From the NCBI GenBank assembly GCA_965644315.1, contig CBFFRQ010000053.1, positions 558,001-622,000 on the forward strand: 64,000 bases of DNA. The letters are read 5' to 3'. The translations under genes and the position numbers were made by a program. Under the pieces are notes generated by a model that was given only the letters and a program-made list of their open reading frames with translations, did no database searches and was not told where the DNA came from. The stretch comes from Caecitellus pseudoparvulus (taxonomy: Eukaryota > Protista > Bigyra: Bicosoecida). Below are positions 22,801-36,600 of the stretch, in pieces (the first letter of the stretch is position 1; each line of letters starts with the position of its first letter).

Positions 22801-25800
22801 CCGGGAGATGACCTCCTCCCCCTCTGCGATGGGCCCACCCTTGCCCTCCATGGCCGCCGTCAGCGCGCGCAGGCGGGCGCTGAACTCCTTGGAGCCCTGC
22901 AGCGCCACGACGGCGCGCTGGCGAGCACGCACCTTGGCAGCTGCTTCCTTGTCCTCACCCTCCAGCACCGCCAGCTCCTCAGCTGACAGCGGCTCCTTGG
23001 CATCCTCGCCGCCCAGCACCTCGTACCCAGGCGGGTCGGCGATGATGCTGGGGGGCTCATACTTGGTGCCGGCAGTGGCGGCAGCCAGCGCGACTGCGTC
23101 AGAGATGCCCTGTGAGGGCACCACCTTCTCGTACACCAGCATGTACCCGTTGGAGCTGTTGTCGTAGGCAGACGCGGCGTGGTAGCCAGTGGCAGTGGCA
23201 GATGCCGCCCGCGGGCCGCCGAACGCCTTCTCTGCGATCTGCTCCGGGTTGAAGGTGGACGTGCGGGAGTCGTTAAACTCGTTCCACTGCCCCGTCGCAC
23301 GGTCTCGGATGTACGACCAGTAGTGCCCGCCCTGCGCAGTGCCCGAGTGGATGACGATGCCCTGCAGGCGGTACTTGAAGTGCTCGGGGCCTTGGCTGTC
23401 GCCAGCGCCGTCGGCAGCGCCGCCCTCGCCCTCCTCGTCGCCTGCTGCGGCGCCGCCCTTGCCTGGCTGCAAGTCCTCCCGCATGTACGGGGCCATGTCC
23501 AGCTCGTCAGGGAACTCGAAGCGGCTGTTCAGCTTCTCCATCATGAACGTCTCGAAGGAGAAGTCGAAGCGCTTGCAGTGCAGGAACAGCACCGCCGGCA
23601 GGCGGGACACGCGCGTGCGCTTGTTGATGGTGATGCGCACGTCCTCCTCCTCCAGGTGGTAGTCCTCGATGTTCTCGCCGGCCGTCAACGCCTCCAGGCT
23701 CTCCTTCACCCCCGGCAGGTTTTTCACCATGAGGGACAGGTGGTGGAAGGGCTCCTTGCGCTCCCGCAGGATGTTCCCGTTGCGCGTGTCCACGAACTGC
23801 TCCGTCGTCTCCCCCGTCACCACGTCGTGCACGAGGGAGCCCTGCGGCAGCCCCGACAGGCGCTCCTGCAGCTGGTCCAGCATGGAGTTCAGGAACTCCT
23901 CCGTGTCCTGCTGCACCTTGATGTCAATGGGCTGCCCGAACATCTTGAACGCCTTGATCCACGGCGTGGGGTCGTAGTACCGACGCAGGGACAGCGTCAA
24001 GTACCCGAACATGCGCTGCAGCTGCCACAGCATGCTCTCGTCGGCGGACTCCCGGGGGTCCTCCTGCTCCTCAGCGGACGCACCACCCTCCTTGCTCTCG
24101 CTGGCGCCGTCCTTCAGGGCAGGGCGCACATTGGCGTCGGCCGCCAGCACACCGTACCGGAAGGCGGGGATCATGAACAGCTGCTGCAGCATGGAGATCA
24201 TGTAGCACAGGCACGTCAAGTTGAAGATGCCCAGGTACCCCGTGGAGGACCGCGCGTCGCTGTCTGCCTTGTACCGGTACTTGTTCACCTGCGTGACACC
24301 CTTCAGCACTGGCTCCAGCACGGAGAACAGGCGGTCCACGACGCGAGGCGTGCCCTCGCACAGCGCCGAGAGGAGCTTGAAGGCGCTGCCTCGCGTGACG
24401 GAGCGCTTGCACTTGGGCAGCTTGGCCTCCTCCGTCTCGTCCAGGTCCGCCAGGGACGTCGGCTCAAAGAACAGGCAGTCCACGAAGAGGAAGTGCAGGA
24501 AGTCCGGCTTGCTGCTGGCGTCGGGCACGGCCTCGCCGTCCTCGCCCAGGCACGCCATCTCCATGCGGAAGGCGGGCACGCTCTCCGCCAGTGTCGTCAG
24601 CAGGGACAGCAAGCCGATCAACAGCGTGTCAGTCAGCTTGGAGCCCTGGTTGTCCCCTGACACGGCACCAGCGGCGGTGCCGCTGCCTGCCCGCTTCTCC
24701 ACGCCCTGGTGCTGCCACACCCGCTGCACGAGGGAGCGCATGACGGGACGCAGGCGCTCAGTGGTGGCGGCGATGTCCTCGGCAGAGGCAGTCTCGACCT
24801 TGGACTCGGAGGCGCCTTCTGCAGGGGTCGCGGTCTTGGTGCTGTCGCGCACGAGGTAGTTCAGCAGCGCGAAGTACTGCTGGCAGGGCACCACACCTGA
24901 CTTGTCCTTGCGCACGACAGCGGCAATGCTGCCTGGCGTTGGCTGCACGGCGCCGTCCACAGCGTCGGCCACCTCCGACAGGGAGTTCAGCAGCAGCTCC
25001 TGCAGGTACTTGCGAGCCGTGGGCGTGGTGGAGGTGATGTTGCAGGCCAGGCGGTACAGGCCCTGGCACGTGTTCAGGCGAATGCTGCGGCTTTCGGCGC
25101 ACAGCAGCAGGCCCAGCAGCAGCGTCGGCAGCTGCACCCCCTCAGGCAACAAGTCGCTGCTGCCGTCAGCAGACAGGAGCGCCTGCAGGGCAGACGGATC
25201 CCGCGCAAGCAGCGCCAGGAGCAGGGAGAAGCCGGAAGACACGATGGAGGCATCGGCCGACGAGCCTGCGTCAGCGGCGCCCTTCAGCACTGCCAACAGT
25301 GCAGGCACAGTGCTGGCCACTGGCACGGCTGAGACGACGGCGGCGGACAACGCCTCATCCCCGCCGAATTCGGACACGAAGACGTTCGCGACACGTGCAG
25401 TTGCAAGGGGGTCTGCCACGACAGACTTGGATGAGGCCCCGGCCGCTGCCGCCGCATTGGCCTTGCGGCGCTGGGCAGCGCTGCCGGCATGCCCAGCTGC
25501 AGGGCGACGAGAGGGCCGGTCGTCCGTCAGGCCCATCATGGCATAGGCGTCCGAGGCGTCTGAGCTGGGCCCAGCCGCTGCGCCGCCGGTCGGGTCCTCG
25601 TCGTCGTCCATGACGATGGTGAATGTGCCGTCCGGGTTGTTGATGACTGCCTTCACGCCGGGCTCCATGCTGGCACTGCGCGCCTGCTCCTTGGACAGGG
25701 AACCCTTGTCCTTGCCCTGCCCGGAGGCAGATGGTGTGCTGTCCCCAGTGGCTTGTGCCGCGTCCTCGACTCCGAAGGGCACCACGGCGTCGACGGCAGC

Positions 25801-28800
25801 GTCCTTGCCGTGCACGGCGCCGAGGAAGTACAGGCGCAGGATGGCCAGCATGGAGCCCACCGCCTCCTTGGCCAGGTTCACCTCCACGCCCTCCCCAGGG
25901 GGCACCTTGTAGCTGGTCAGGGTGCTGTGCAGGTGCTGCAGGCCGCCCTTGACCAAGAAGGCCTTGCGCCACGCTTGGCGCTCGTCCTCAGCTGCACGCA
26001 GCTTCATGAACTCCTCACGCTGGCTCTGGAACTTGGCGGCCATCGCAGCGTCCTCCGCCGCCTCTGCCGCCTCCAAGGCAGCCGCCTGCTCCGGCGTTTG
26101 AGCCTCGCCGCCAGAGGCAGCAGCTGACTCCCGCGCAGCGGCCGCCTTCTCACGCTGGGCTGTCACGTCTGCGACAGCCTTCGCCTCGGCGGCGTCGATG
26201 CTTTCCACGGAGCCAATGTCGGGAGACTGGATCAGACTCTCCACCACCTGCAGGCCGTACAGGAACTGGAAGGTGGAGGTGGAGTCCAGCAGCGTCGACC
26301 ATGCCGGCGCGGCGTCTCCCTTCGGAATGCCGGCGAAGCTGTCCACGATGGCAGTGTTGCTGGGCAGTCCCTGCAGCAGGTCCCACGCAGGCGCAGCAAC
26401 CTCCGCAGGTGCTGACAGGGCGTCGAAGAGCAGGTGGAAAAAGGCGACGTTCGCGGTGAGCAGCAGGCGGGGGTTGTTCTTCTGTGCCTCGGCCTCCAGG
26501 GCCTCGGCCTCGGCCAGCAGGCGCTCGCGCTCCTCGGCGTCGGCGCCGGCGCGGCTGTCGTCCTTGCTCAAGTCCACGTCGTACAGCTTGGCCACCTTGA
26601 CGAGGGCGGCGGGGTACACTTCCACAGACTTGCCGTCGGAGCCGACCTTGGACTCGCCCTGCTCGCTCTCGTCAGCGTCCTTGCTCTGGGCCAAAATGTC
26701 TGCCATGGCGCTGGCCTTGCCCTTGTCTGTCAGCTGCAGTGTGCGCGTGTCGTAGCCGTGCTTGCGCAGGTCCTTGCGCACAGACTCGGGGCGGGAGATG
26801 CACGCCTCCATGTAGAAGTCCAGGAAGCCCTTCTGCGTCATGTACCCGTCAGGCGTCGTCTCGCACGAGGAAAAGATGCGTGCGATGCGGGGCTTGTTGA
26901 TGTTGCTGCCGCCCACGCCGCACGCGACGATGTACATGCGGAACTGCTCTTGCGTCATGAAGCCGTCGAAGCAGAAGCGGTTGAAGATCTCGGCGAAGGC
27001 TGCCTCGGCGGCCGGGGAGAACTTGGCGCTGCCACGGTTGCGATAGGTGACGTTGCCGTCCATGAGCAGGGGCGCCTGCTTAGGCGGGGAGGGCGGCTTG
27101 TATGCGACCAGAATGTTGCCTGCGCTGGAAATGCGCAGCTCTCGCAGGGTCTTGGCGTTGTCGGCGAAGGGGATCTCGCCGCCTGACCTGAGCAGCTTCA
27201 CGCGCATGGGCTTGAGGCCCAGCTTGGCGCCCACCGCCTCCCGCAGCTGCCAGATGGAGGAGTTGGAGAAGAAAGACATGTCAAACGTGGCCGGCGCGCC
27301 CTCGGGCAGGTGGGCCTTGCCCACGTTGTTGGAGAACTTGAGCTTCATGCGGGCACCAGCCAGGCGCGCAGAGTGCGGCCGCAGCCCGCCGTCCCCGTGC
27401 TCGTCACTCTCCCGCATGAGGCGAGTCAGGGCGCCCAGGCAGCGGCTGGCCACAGCCAGGGGGTCTGCGCCAGTGCGCGTGGCGGGGGCGTCACCCTTCA
27501 GGCTGCCCAGAGACGCGCGCAGCTCGGCCATGCAGCCCTTGATGAACTTGCTGCGCACCTCTGTGGCGGGCGGGCGGCCGCCAGGCGGCAGCTGGATCTG
27601 CCCCGCAAAGTCGATGCTGGACACGTGCTCATCCGTGTCGAAGGTGGGGGACAGCTGCTGGTACAGCAGCATGAGGAAGGTCATGGCCGCAGTGGCAGCC
27701 ACCTCGTGCTGGGCCTCCAGGGCCACCCGCCACAGCGCCGCGTTGCCCACCATGTCGTCTGGGTCCACGTGCACGATGAAGTCGGTGTCGGCGCCACCAG
27801 GCGTGCGGGACAGCCACCCTCGGCGGGCGTTGATGAGCAGGAAGTACAAGCGGAAGGCGGAGAAGACGGGGCCCGTGAAGCGGCTCAGCTCCACCTCTGG
27901 GGAGGCCATCTTGGTCAGGAACAAGCGCTCCTCGACGTCCTGCGGCAGCACCTCCCCCAGCCCCGACGCAGACATGGCTGCTGCGTTCAGAATGAACCGC
28001 ATGACGCGCTCCGTCTCGCCTGCTGTGAAGGCGCCGGTGACGAACGTGTCCCACAGCGCCATGGCCTGCTCCTCACTGAGGGAGAGGCTGGAGACGCGGG
28101 TGATGGAGGTGATGAAGTCCATGCGCCCCTTGAGCGCCTCCAGGAACTCCAGGCCACCCTCCCGGGGAAGGGGCGTCGCGTTGATGCTGGCCTCCCGGGC
28201 CGCCAGCGCCTCCTTGTCCTCCCCGGCGGGGGCCTTCAGCAGTTCGCCCATGGCCTCTGCTGCGGCGGCCTTGAAGGCTGCGATGTCTGCGAAGAACAGC
28301 TGCAGGATGTCCACCTTGGAGTTCAAGGCTTCCACGGCAGTGGCCTTGGTCTCTGCATCCGTCGCGATGGGCGTGACGTTGAAGCTGTCCACGATACCCC
28401 ACACGATGCGCAGCATGCGCGTGGCGTTGACGCCGCGCTGCACTGCTTCGCACGCCAGGTGCGCGTACGGCATCTTGGTGGGCTTCATGCTGAACTGCTT
28501 CAGCAGCAGCGCCAAGTGCTCTGTGGCAGCCTCTTGCACCTTCTCAGGCACCACCGCACCAGGGTCGGCCTTGCCCTCGTCACGAGGCGGCGTGAAGGAC
28601 ACTGGCGCCGCGGGGCTGGCCTTGCCCTCCGCTTCCTCCTCCTCGGGATCCTTGGCCTCGGCCCGGGATGCGGGCAGCGCCCGCACGGTGCGGGGAGGCG
28701 CCAGCGTGGGGTCCACCCCCGTGGACCCGTCGTCCAGCAGGCGCCACATGACCTGCATGCCGATGTGCCCGACACGCGGCTGGTGCTGCCCGACGCTGGA

Positions 28801-31313
28801 CAGGCGGTGGGCCAGCTGCACGTCGGCCACGCTGGTGTCCTGGCGGGGCAGGGCGGCCACGAACTCGCACAGGACGAAGGCGATGTTCTGGGGGCGCATG
28901 TCCAGCGCCAGGCCCTCCAGCACCTCGTACACCTGCAGGCGCGTGTCGCTGTCCACGCCGTCGGCGAACTTCAGCGCCCACAGCTGCTTCAGCGTGTCGG
29001 TGGACAGTGCCTCAGCCCGCTCCAGCATGCGCAGCACATCCACTGACCGGCGCACCAGGTCGTTGTGCGCCGTGCGGGGGTCGTACAGCCCCGGCAGCAC
29101 GTGCTCCGTCACGAGGCTCACCATGGCCTCTGCGCTGATGCTCTGGCAGGTGTTCAGGCGCACACTGGTGCAGGCGTTCTGCACCACCCGCATGCCCAGA
29201 ATGCGCAGCGTCAGGAGGTTCCCCCGCAGCAGCGTCTTGGCGACATCCAGGGAAGCCTGCTCCATGATGGCCAGCACCTCGCCAGTAGGGAGCGTGCGCA
29301 GCAGCTGGAAGCGCAGGCAGTTCCCCACCGTGATGAACATCTCGTGGTTGAACTCACGCAGGGCCACATCGGCCCAGGAGCCCACCGCCGCGATGAACGC
29401 ACGCACGAGGCGGGGCGCCAAGTGGTGTGCGTAGCCCCGGTTCAGCGCGTGCAGGGCGTGGATGAGGGACAAGAACATGTGCCGCACGGTGCGGGGGGAG
29501 GGCATGTCTGCGACGGCCGCCGCGTCTCCGCTGGAGCCGGCGTGCATGCGCTGCAGGAAGGCGTCCACGGCGCCGGACTGGATGAATGCGCGCAGGATGC
29601 CGGCGTGCAGGGGGCCGCCCACGCCCACGCCCCGCATGCACACTGGGTCGCCGCCCTCTGACCACGCAGGGTCGTCGCTGTCGATGAGGGCCTTGCCGTT
29701 GGGAAGGGAGGGGGGCGCCACGTTGCTGATGTGGCGCTTGTCGGACGCTGCCATGCCGAAGGAGGCCTTCCCGCTGCGGGCACGCACCTGGGGCTGTGAC
29801 AGGCGCGGGGAGACATTCACGGCCCACTCGTCAAAGGCCTCCGGCCACGCGTCAAAGGTCCACTTGACCCGGAACACGCGGCCACCCAGGTCGTCAAGGG
29901 GGGGTGCAGGGGTGGCCTCCTTGCCAGCACCCTCCTCGCCGCCCTCCGCAGGAGTGTCACCCTCTGCCGCACCTGGGTCCGCCGCCGCGTCAGCGGGCTT
30001 GGCGGCCTGCAGGATGCTGAGCAGCTCCACGGGCCCGGTGATGGAGTCAGCTGTGTTGGCGCCCTTGGCCGTGTCGTCGTTGGGCTCGTTCAGGGGCAGC
30101 ACGCCGATGACGCGCGCCTGGCACACCTTGCCGTATGTGTCCAGGGCGTCCACGACAGTGCCAATCTCCAGGGTCTCCCGCCAGGGCTCGGCGTCCAGGA
30201 GCTGCGCTGGGGACAGGGAGTGGCGGCCGGGCGGCAAGATGGTCTTGTCCGACCGGTACTTGAAAGTAGAGAAGGAAGCAGGCAAGCCGTGGATGTGGGG
30301 CTTCAAGCCCTGTGCTGCAGATGCTTCGATGACCGTGGCGAGGTACCTGTGTGCAGAGTACGCAGGAAAGCGTGGGGAGAACGAAGCAGGTGCGAAGCCG
30401 CTGCAGTGGTGAGCCAGCGAACCAGGCGAGGAGTCCCGCATCAACCGCGCGCAGCGCGGCACGTGCTGCACAGGGCCCGGAATGGGACATGGGCCACAGG
30501 CCTACCCCTACGAGTGGGGGTGGCTCAGCTCGCCAGCTTGAGCAGGTTCAGCCGCGTTCCGCACCGGGCGCAGTTGGCGTGGTGGCCTCGCCATGCTGAC
30601 AACTCCCAAACACACGCCACGCACCATGATCGAAGGGGCTCGACGTAGACATCGCAGGTATCCCCTACTTTCAGTCCGTCGCGAAAAGCCTGGTCGGCAG
30701 CAGCCACGCCGCCATCCTGTGCGGAAAGCAAGACACCAGGGTGCGCCTGGGCAAGGAGAGGCACCTTCACCCTGTTAACGACGCACCTCCATGACGATGC
30801 CGTGCTTGGCATACAGCGGTTGGGTGGCATCGAAGACAGTGTTCAACAGCTCTGCGTACTCCTTCTCGAACTCGCCCCGGACGGAAGGGATGGCCAACAC
30901 CAAGGCCTGCAGTGCATCAGCGACGCTCTCTGCCACGCCATCGTTTTCGTACCTGTGCGGGGGGCGGGGGCGCCTGCCGTGCACGTTGACGCCCCGCCAC
31001 TGCCTCGGCAGGTACGTACTTGTGCGTAATCAAGCCCGTCGTCAAGCTCTGAACCTCTGCGTGCTTCGCTTTGCCGGCTGCCTTGTTGGCTGGCGCCTCA
31101 CTCAAGGTCTCCACGTGCGCTTGCAGCGCCGCAATGGCCTGCTTGGCGACATCCTCTGGAACTGCCGAAGAGGCAGCTGGGAGGGAAACACGGGGTGTGT
31201 GCGCGTGCCCTTGTTCCTGTGCCGCTGCGCCCGGCGCACGTACCGACACGCCCCAGTGCCGCGATCGCCTCCTTTGCAGGGTTCGCAGGTGTCTCGCCTT
31301 CCTTGCTAGCCAT
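19816..31313 (-). CDS. Giant ubiquitin-specific protease (USP9/24/34-like) with Tudor/Agenet-like, UBL and EF-hand-like regions; several short 5' introns
   Basis: Cys box GYLGIFNLTCLCYMISMLQQLF (~24180-24240), QQDTEEF, LHCKRF, His box GIVIHSGTAQGGHYWSYIRD..WNEFND (~23270-23370). 5' exons start at MASKEGETPANPAK (31313) and link through GTACGT/GTGCGT introns to the 3551-aa ORF. Confidence 0.9.
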
Positions 31314-31492
31314 TCTGGACTTGCCTCTGCCGCCCCCAGCAAACACAAGCTCTATGGATGCACGTGACGCCACTCGTGTGACTGGCGCAACAGAGTCAGC
31401 GGGTGGGAAGAGCCCAGAGAAGCAGTTGAATTGGAGGGCGGGAGGAACTGCCCAGACACGCCAAGCCCGAATTCCGCGCTGCACCCCGGCGA

Positions 31493-33163
31493 CTAAAACT
31501 GATACACCAGCGCATTGCCGTCGTCGCCGCTGGCAATGAGGCGGTCAGGAGTCACCCCGATGCCCCTCACAGCTGCCTCGTTGGCACCCAGCCCCCACAG
31601 CGGCGTACCCAGCGTCACGTCATGAGCGATCAGCAGGCCGTCGCCGGCCCCAGAGAAGGCGATGTTACCCGCCACAGTGAGGGAGTAGATGAAGTCCTTG
31701 TGCTCCTCCATGCGATGCAGTGGTGCCCACCCTGCGCGGGGATCCAGCACGTTCACAGACTTGTCGGCACCTGACGTGACGGGCAGGGACACGCCGCCCG
31801 TCACGGTGGGCGCCGTGCACGCCATGTCAGACACTGCCCCTGCGCCCTCTGCTCCGACGTGCACCTCGACGTTGGCCACCTGCGCCTTGGCGCGCACGTC
31901 CCACACGCGCACGTGGCCATCCTGCGCCCCCGTCAGCACGAGCCAGGTGCCACCATGCGACACCCACGCGACGCTGGTGAGGTGCCCCTTGTGCCCCTTC
32001 AGCCGCCCCACAGTCTTCCCCGTCACCATGTCAAAGACGTACCCCATGCCATCTCGGTCCCCCGTCACCACCTGGAAGCCCGCAGGCGAGCCCGCCTCAT
32101 CCACAGACGGAGCCGCCGCCATGCACAACACAGGAGCCTTGTGCGTCTTCAGGCAGGACAGCTCCCGCCGAGAGGTCGCCGACCAGAGCCGGACCGTCTT
32201 GTCGTAGCCTCCTGAAATGATGGCGTCGCCGTAAGTCGTCAGGCACGAGACGGAGCCGAAGTGCCCCGTCAAGTCATCACACCGGGCGGTGGACGTGGAC
32301 CCACCGCCGTTCCACAAGCACACCTTGCTGTCCATGGCCCCTGACACTACCCGGCCGTCTGCGAGGTGCGCCACTGCAGTCACCCACTCGCTGTGCCCGT
32401 AGCGCTTCGTGTGCAGGGTGCGCATGAGCTTCCCGTCTGACAAGCGCACCTCGTACAGCGCGTGGTCAGAGCCGCCGATGACAGCCATGCCTCGAGCGAC
32501 GTCCGTCGACATGCACATCATGGGGCGGTCTGACAAGTCCAACAGGGTGCCAGCCGGATCCAGGGGGCCAGTTTGGAACTGCTTGCTCACGCTCGCCACG
32601 GCGAAGGGCTCCTGCACAGCAGCTCCCAAGCCTCCCACAGCGAAGCCGCCTCCAGCCGAGGCACCCCGGGCGCTGGCGGCCCCACGCCCCGACCGGCGAC
32701 CATACAGAGCTGTGTCTCGCTCAGAGTGGGAGCTGCGCGGGGCTCCTCCCGCTGACCTCTCGCGGGAAGCCGCTGCCAGCGACCCTGCAAAGCAACGCCC
32801 GAAACGGTCATGCGTGGCGAGCGAAACGCCAACCTGCCAAGGCACCGCTTCCCAACTCACCTGCCGCGACTTCAGAAGGGCCCTGGCCGCCCATGGACGC
32901 ATAGGCGGCCTCCCAGTCTTCCATGTACTTGTCTGTCGCCCTGTGGCCCATGGCTGCATGTCGCATCGTGGGACCGCCTGCGTGAAGGTGAAGTGCGGTG
33001 TTTCACCCTGCACTCAGCTGGCTCTGGTACTGTACAGAGACCCACCAGACCTCACGCTGCTACGGCTGCCATACGCAGCGCCAAGCGCATCCAGCTCTGC
33101 CGCTTCCCGCATGGCCTTGGCTTGCCGCGCATCGCTGCCGCCTCCCCCGCCTGCGTGTGCCAT
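31493..33163 (-). CDS. WD40-repeat protein; probably 3 exons
   Basis: Repeats GHSEWVTAV..SGAMDSKVCLWN, GHFGSVSCL..SGGYDKTVRLWS, GHKGHLTSV..TGAQDGHVRVWD. Probable ATG at 33163 (MAHAGGGGGS), with introns near 33056-32978 and 32860-32785. Confidence 0.85.
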
Positions 33164-33635
33164 GCTCGCCAAGCTGCGCTGGCCTTCCTCCTGAGCCTGC
33201 CCCACTGCACGTCCCTGGCACGGGAGCAACTTCTGGAATGGGTGGACACCAAACTGGGGGCGGGGCTGCGTGTAGTGTGTTTAGGGTGTTGGTGCTTCCG
33301 TTTCAGAATTTTGTGGCACATTCTGCGCTGGAAGTGGAAAAAATCGTGAGGGGGGCGCACACAGGATATGGGTTGCAAATATTGCAGGCACTTTTCTCCT
33401 TTGTGTAGCTGACAACGCACTTGTCTTTGCTGCGCTCGCCTGCAGCACGAGCACTTTCTCTGCATTTGTGTACGTCCGGGTATGTGTGCCACACGGTTGC
33501 ATCCACGAGATGTGGTGCCAAAGCACGGAGGACAGGCAGCTGCCTTTGCCATCGCCTGGAAGAAAAGGCTTCAGACGCCCCGCCGGCCTGGGGTGCACTG
33601 ATGTGCAGACCACAAGTGCTTGCCAATCCCCCTGC

Positions 33636-36600
33636 TCAAGCCCATGTGACACTTCGATTGTACGCCCCAAACTCTTGCGCAGGGGGATTGAAGCGGCCGG
33701 TGTCCGGCGGACGGCTGTAGACATGGTCGCGGGATGCCGGCCTGGTGTTGAACGGGAGGCCCCCGTCCCCATACACATTTGTAAGGGTGCCATACTGCCT
33801 CGAATGTGTGAAAGTGTTGACAAAGCCTGGTTCGTTGCCCGTGCCGCTGGCTTCGTGCGCTGGCGGCCCACACATCCCACCACCGCCAACGCAATCCCTC
33901 TGGCCAGGCGACCAAGCTGGCAAGTCGTCCAAGTTCGGTGTCTGGAGCCTGAGGCACTGCTGGTACTGTTCAAGCAGATTTCGGTGCTCGGCCAGGCAGT
34001 CTTCGTACGGGGCCGTCTCCATGGCGTGGAAGAAGGCGTGCGTTGAGACGTCACCCCGACGAGCAAAGTTGTCCAACACATCGAATGCAGTTCGAATGGG
34101 CTCCGAGTCAACATACTGCAGCCCCGAGTTCAAGATGTCCTCGCACTCAGTGTGTTTGGCCATGGCCCGGTGGTGCAGGTCTGGGCACTCAGGCGAGGTC
34201 TGCCGGTCACGGAAGTTGCGAAAGTCCTGAGCGCGGTCATTGTACTGCTTGTTGTACTGATGGTGGCGATCGTAAAAGTCAGCTTCCCGCTGGAATGCAA
34301 AGGGAGGCCGTTGCCCCGTCACGTCTGCTGGGAATGTGGACCCAGCCTGCTCCCCCGCATCCCAGCCGAACAGCTCACGGCCTGCACTGCCAAGCACAGA
34401 AATGAGGTCTGCAGAGCGCAGCATGCTCCCCTCAACAGTGCTGAGGAGTCCGGTTGTGTTGTAGAAGTCTGGTGTCAGGCGCGAAATGGAGACGTACTTT
34501 GCCCGGCGGTACTGAACTTTGCGGTGCGGGCCAATGAGCAAATCAGCAACAGTAGGGATCACTGGGTTGTCCACGATGTTCTTGTCTTCGTAGTTCTGAG
34601 TCCACGGCTGTGCCTTGACGGCGGGCACGGACTCGGGGCTCCAGTAGCTGTTCTTCGGGTCGTCAGGGTTCACGAAACGGGACAGGACAAGCTTCTGCGC
34701 CTGGCCGGAAATGGAGAAGAGCACGGCTGGATCCGGGATGGCCTGGGCGAGCGCGAGGTCTCGCTGACTGGGCGGATAGAACAGCACGCGTCCGTTCCCA
34801 CTGTGCTGCAAGCGGAAGGTGTTGTTTTCATATGAAAAGGTTTCGACCCAGTCCCCGGCCTCCACTCGCCACTCCACATCCTCCATGCGCCACCGTTGCA
34901 GGTAAATGTCGTCGGGGTTGTCGTAGCCCATCTCATACACGGCTCTCTGAAAGTTCACTCGGAAGTCCACCATGCCCTCTGCGTCCTTGACGCTGTCCCA
35001 GACGGGCTGCATGATGGCCAGCGGAAGGAGGTAGGCAGTTGTCGCGTAGTACGTCCGTGCAAGCATGGCTGGCTGGGAGCCAAAGTCACCCTGGAGCAGG
35101 GTCATGTCCACCGTCTCATTGCCATCTGGAAGCAGGGAATGCCTGAAGACGAAAGGCCCGCCTGGCGATGTTGCAGTCGCCACCCCTGCGAGGCGGCGGG
35201 CCTGGTACGTGTCATCCACGTGCATCCACATGACCCACTCATTGGTTGCGTTGTTGAAGAGGACCTTTGGGCGCTCAGCGCGGTAGGCAAAACGCTTCAC
35301 CCTTGGGCACTCAAGGTGAAGTCGTCGCCCCCCAGAGTAGGAAAAGTCTGCCGGGCGTAGCCGTTGCTCTTGTGGGGAGAAGTCACGCTGTGGCGTGTTG
35401 ATAGTCACATTGCCTCCCACAAGAATGTCGCCACCAGAGACGAGGAACTCCCGCAGTATGAAACTGCGATTCGTACCAATGTACTCCCGTGTCCCGTTTT
35501 CAGACTCTAACCACGCGGAGGACACCCTGTACTTCGTGTTGCGCACAAGCACATCACCCTGCGCTGTCTCCTGCTCCATCTCTCCAGGAGGCAGTCCAAG
35601 TGTGGTGTGGTTGAAGCCGAGCGAGAAGTAGCAGAGGTCCGGAATGTCATGTGTAGAGTTCCACCATGCGTCGTCGTCTCCGCATAGTGCTGCTACCTCT
35701 GGGTCCTCAAGCCTTGGTTGGGCGTGGGTTTGGGTTGTCCCAGTGCAGGTGACGGTGGAGTTGCGGAACGCACTCTCATTGTACACGACGCCGTCCACAG
35801 CCCTGACCATGCGAAGAACAGGCTCCCAGATAACCCCTTGCTCGCTGCGCAGCGCGGCGGGGGAGTACGGCTCCAGGCCGTGTGCCATGCTGCGTTCCCA
35901 GAATGGGTCCAGCGCGTTGTCGTAAGCTAAGCGCGCCTTGTCCACATCTTGATACACATCATGCACGCCCGACTTGACGTGGTCCACAGGCTGGCCCCAC
36001 CCGTATACGTCGTCTGTGATGTTGATGTAGTGCATGACAATGCCTTCGTTCCTCCACTCTTGCATGTCGTTCGTGCTGCAGGCACCTATCCCGCCCAGCA
36101 TGTGCAGCGGCGCTCCCGAGAAGTACGGGTCCACTGCGACGTTGTCATGCTCTCCATACCAGAACCATCGGCCAGTTTTGCCGCCCCACTGCCTGCCGTA
36201 GCCATCATGAGAGGCGTCTGGCTGCCACGTGCCGTCTTGTGGCTGCCTGGCACCATGTCCGAAGACGTCGCCCAGGGTGGAATCTCCCAAGCCTGCGCCA
36301 GTTCCGGCTGTCCATGCCCCTGTTGCTGACGTTGTCATGCTAACCGACTTCATGGCGCCGCTCACTGTGTCTCCTGGGACGAACGTAAGTGCACCCATGC
36401 TAACCCCCCCCGCACTGCCGGGGCGGTCCCCGGCCTCCTCCACGCGGAGCACGTCAGATGCAAACCACGTGTGCGCGCTGCCGTCGCCCAGAACCAACCC
36501 GCCGTTGAAAGCATTGTCATAGCGTTCGCGTCGAGACACGTGGTTTTCATGCCGTGTCTCGTTGTCCAAAGACGATAGCGGACCAAGGTCTTCGCTTCGC

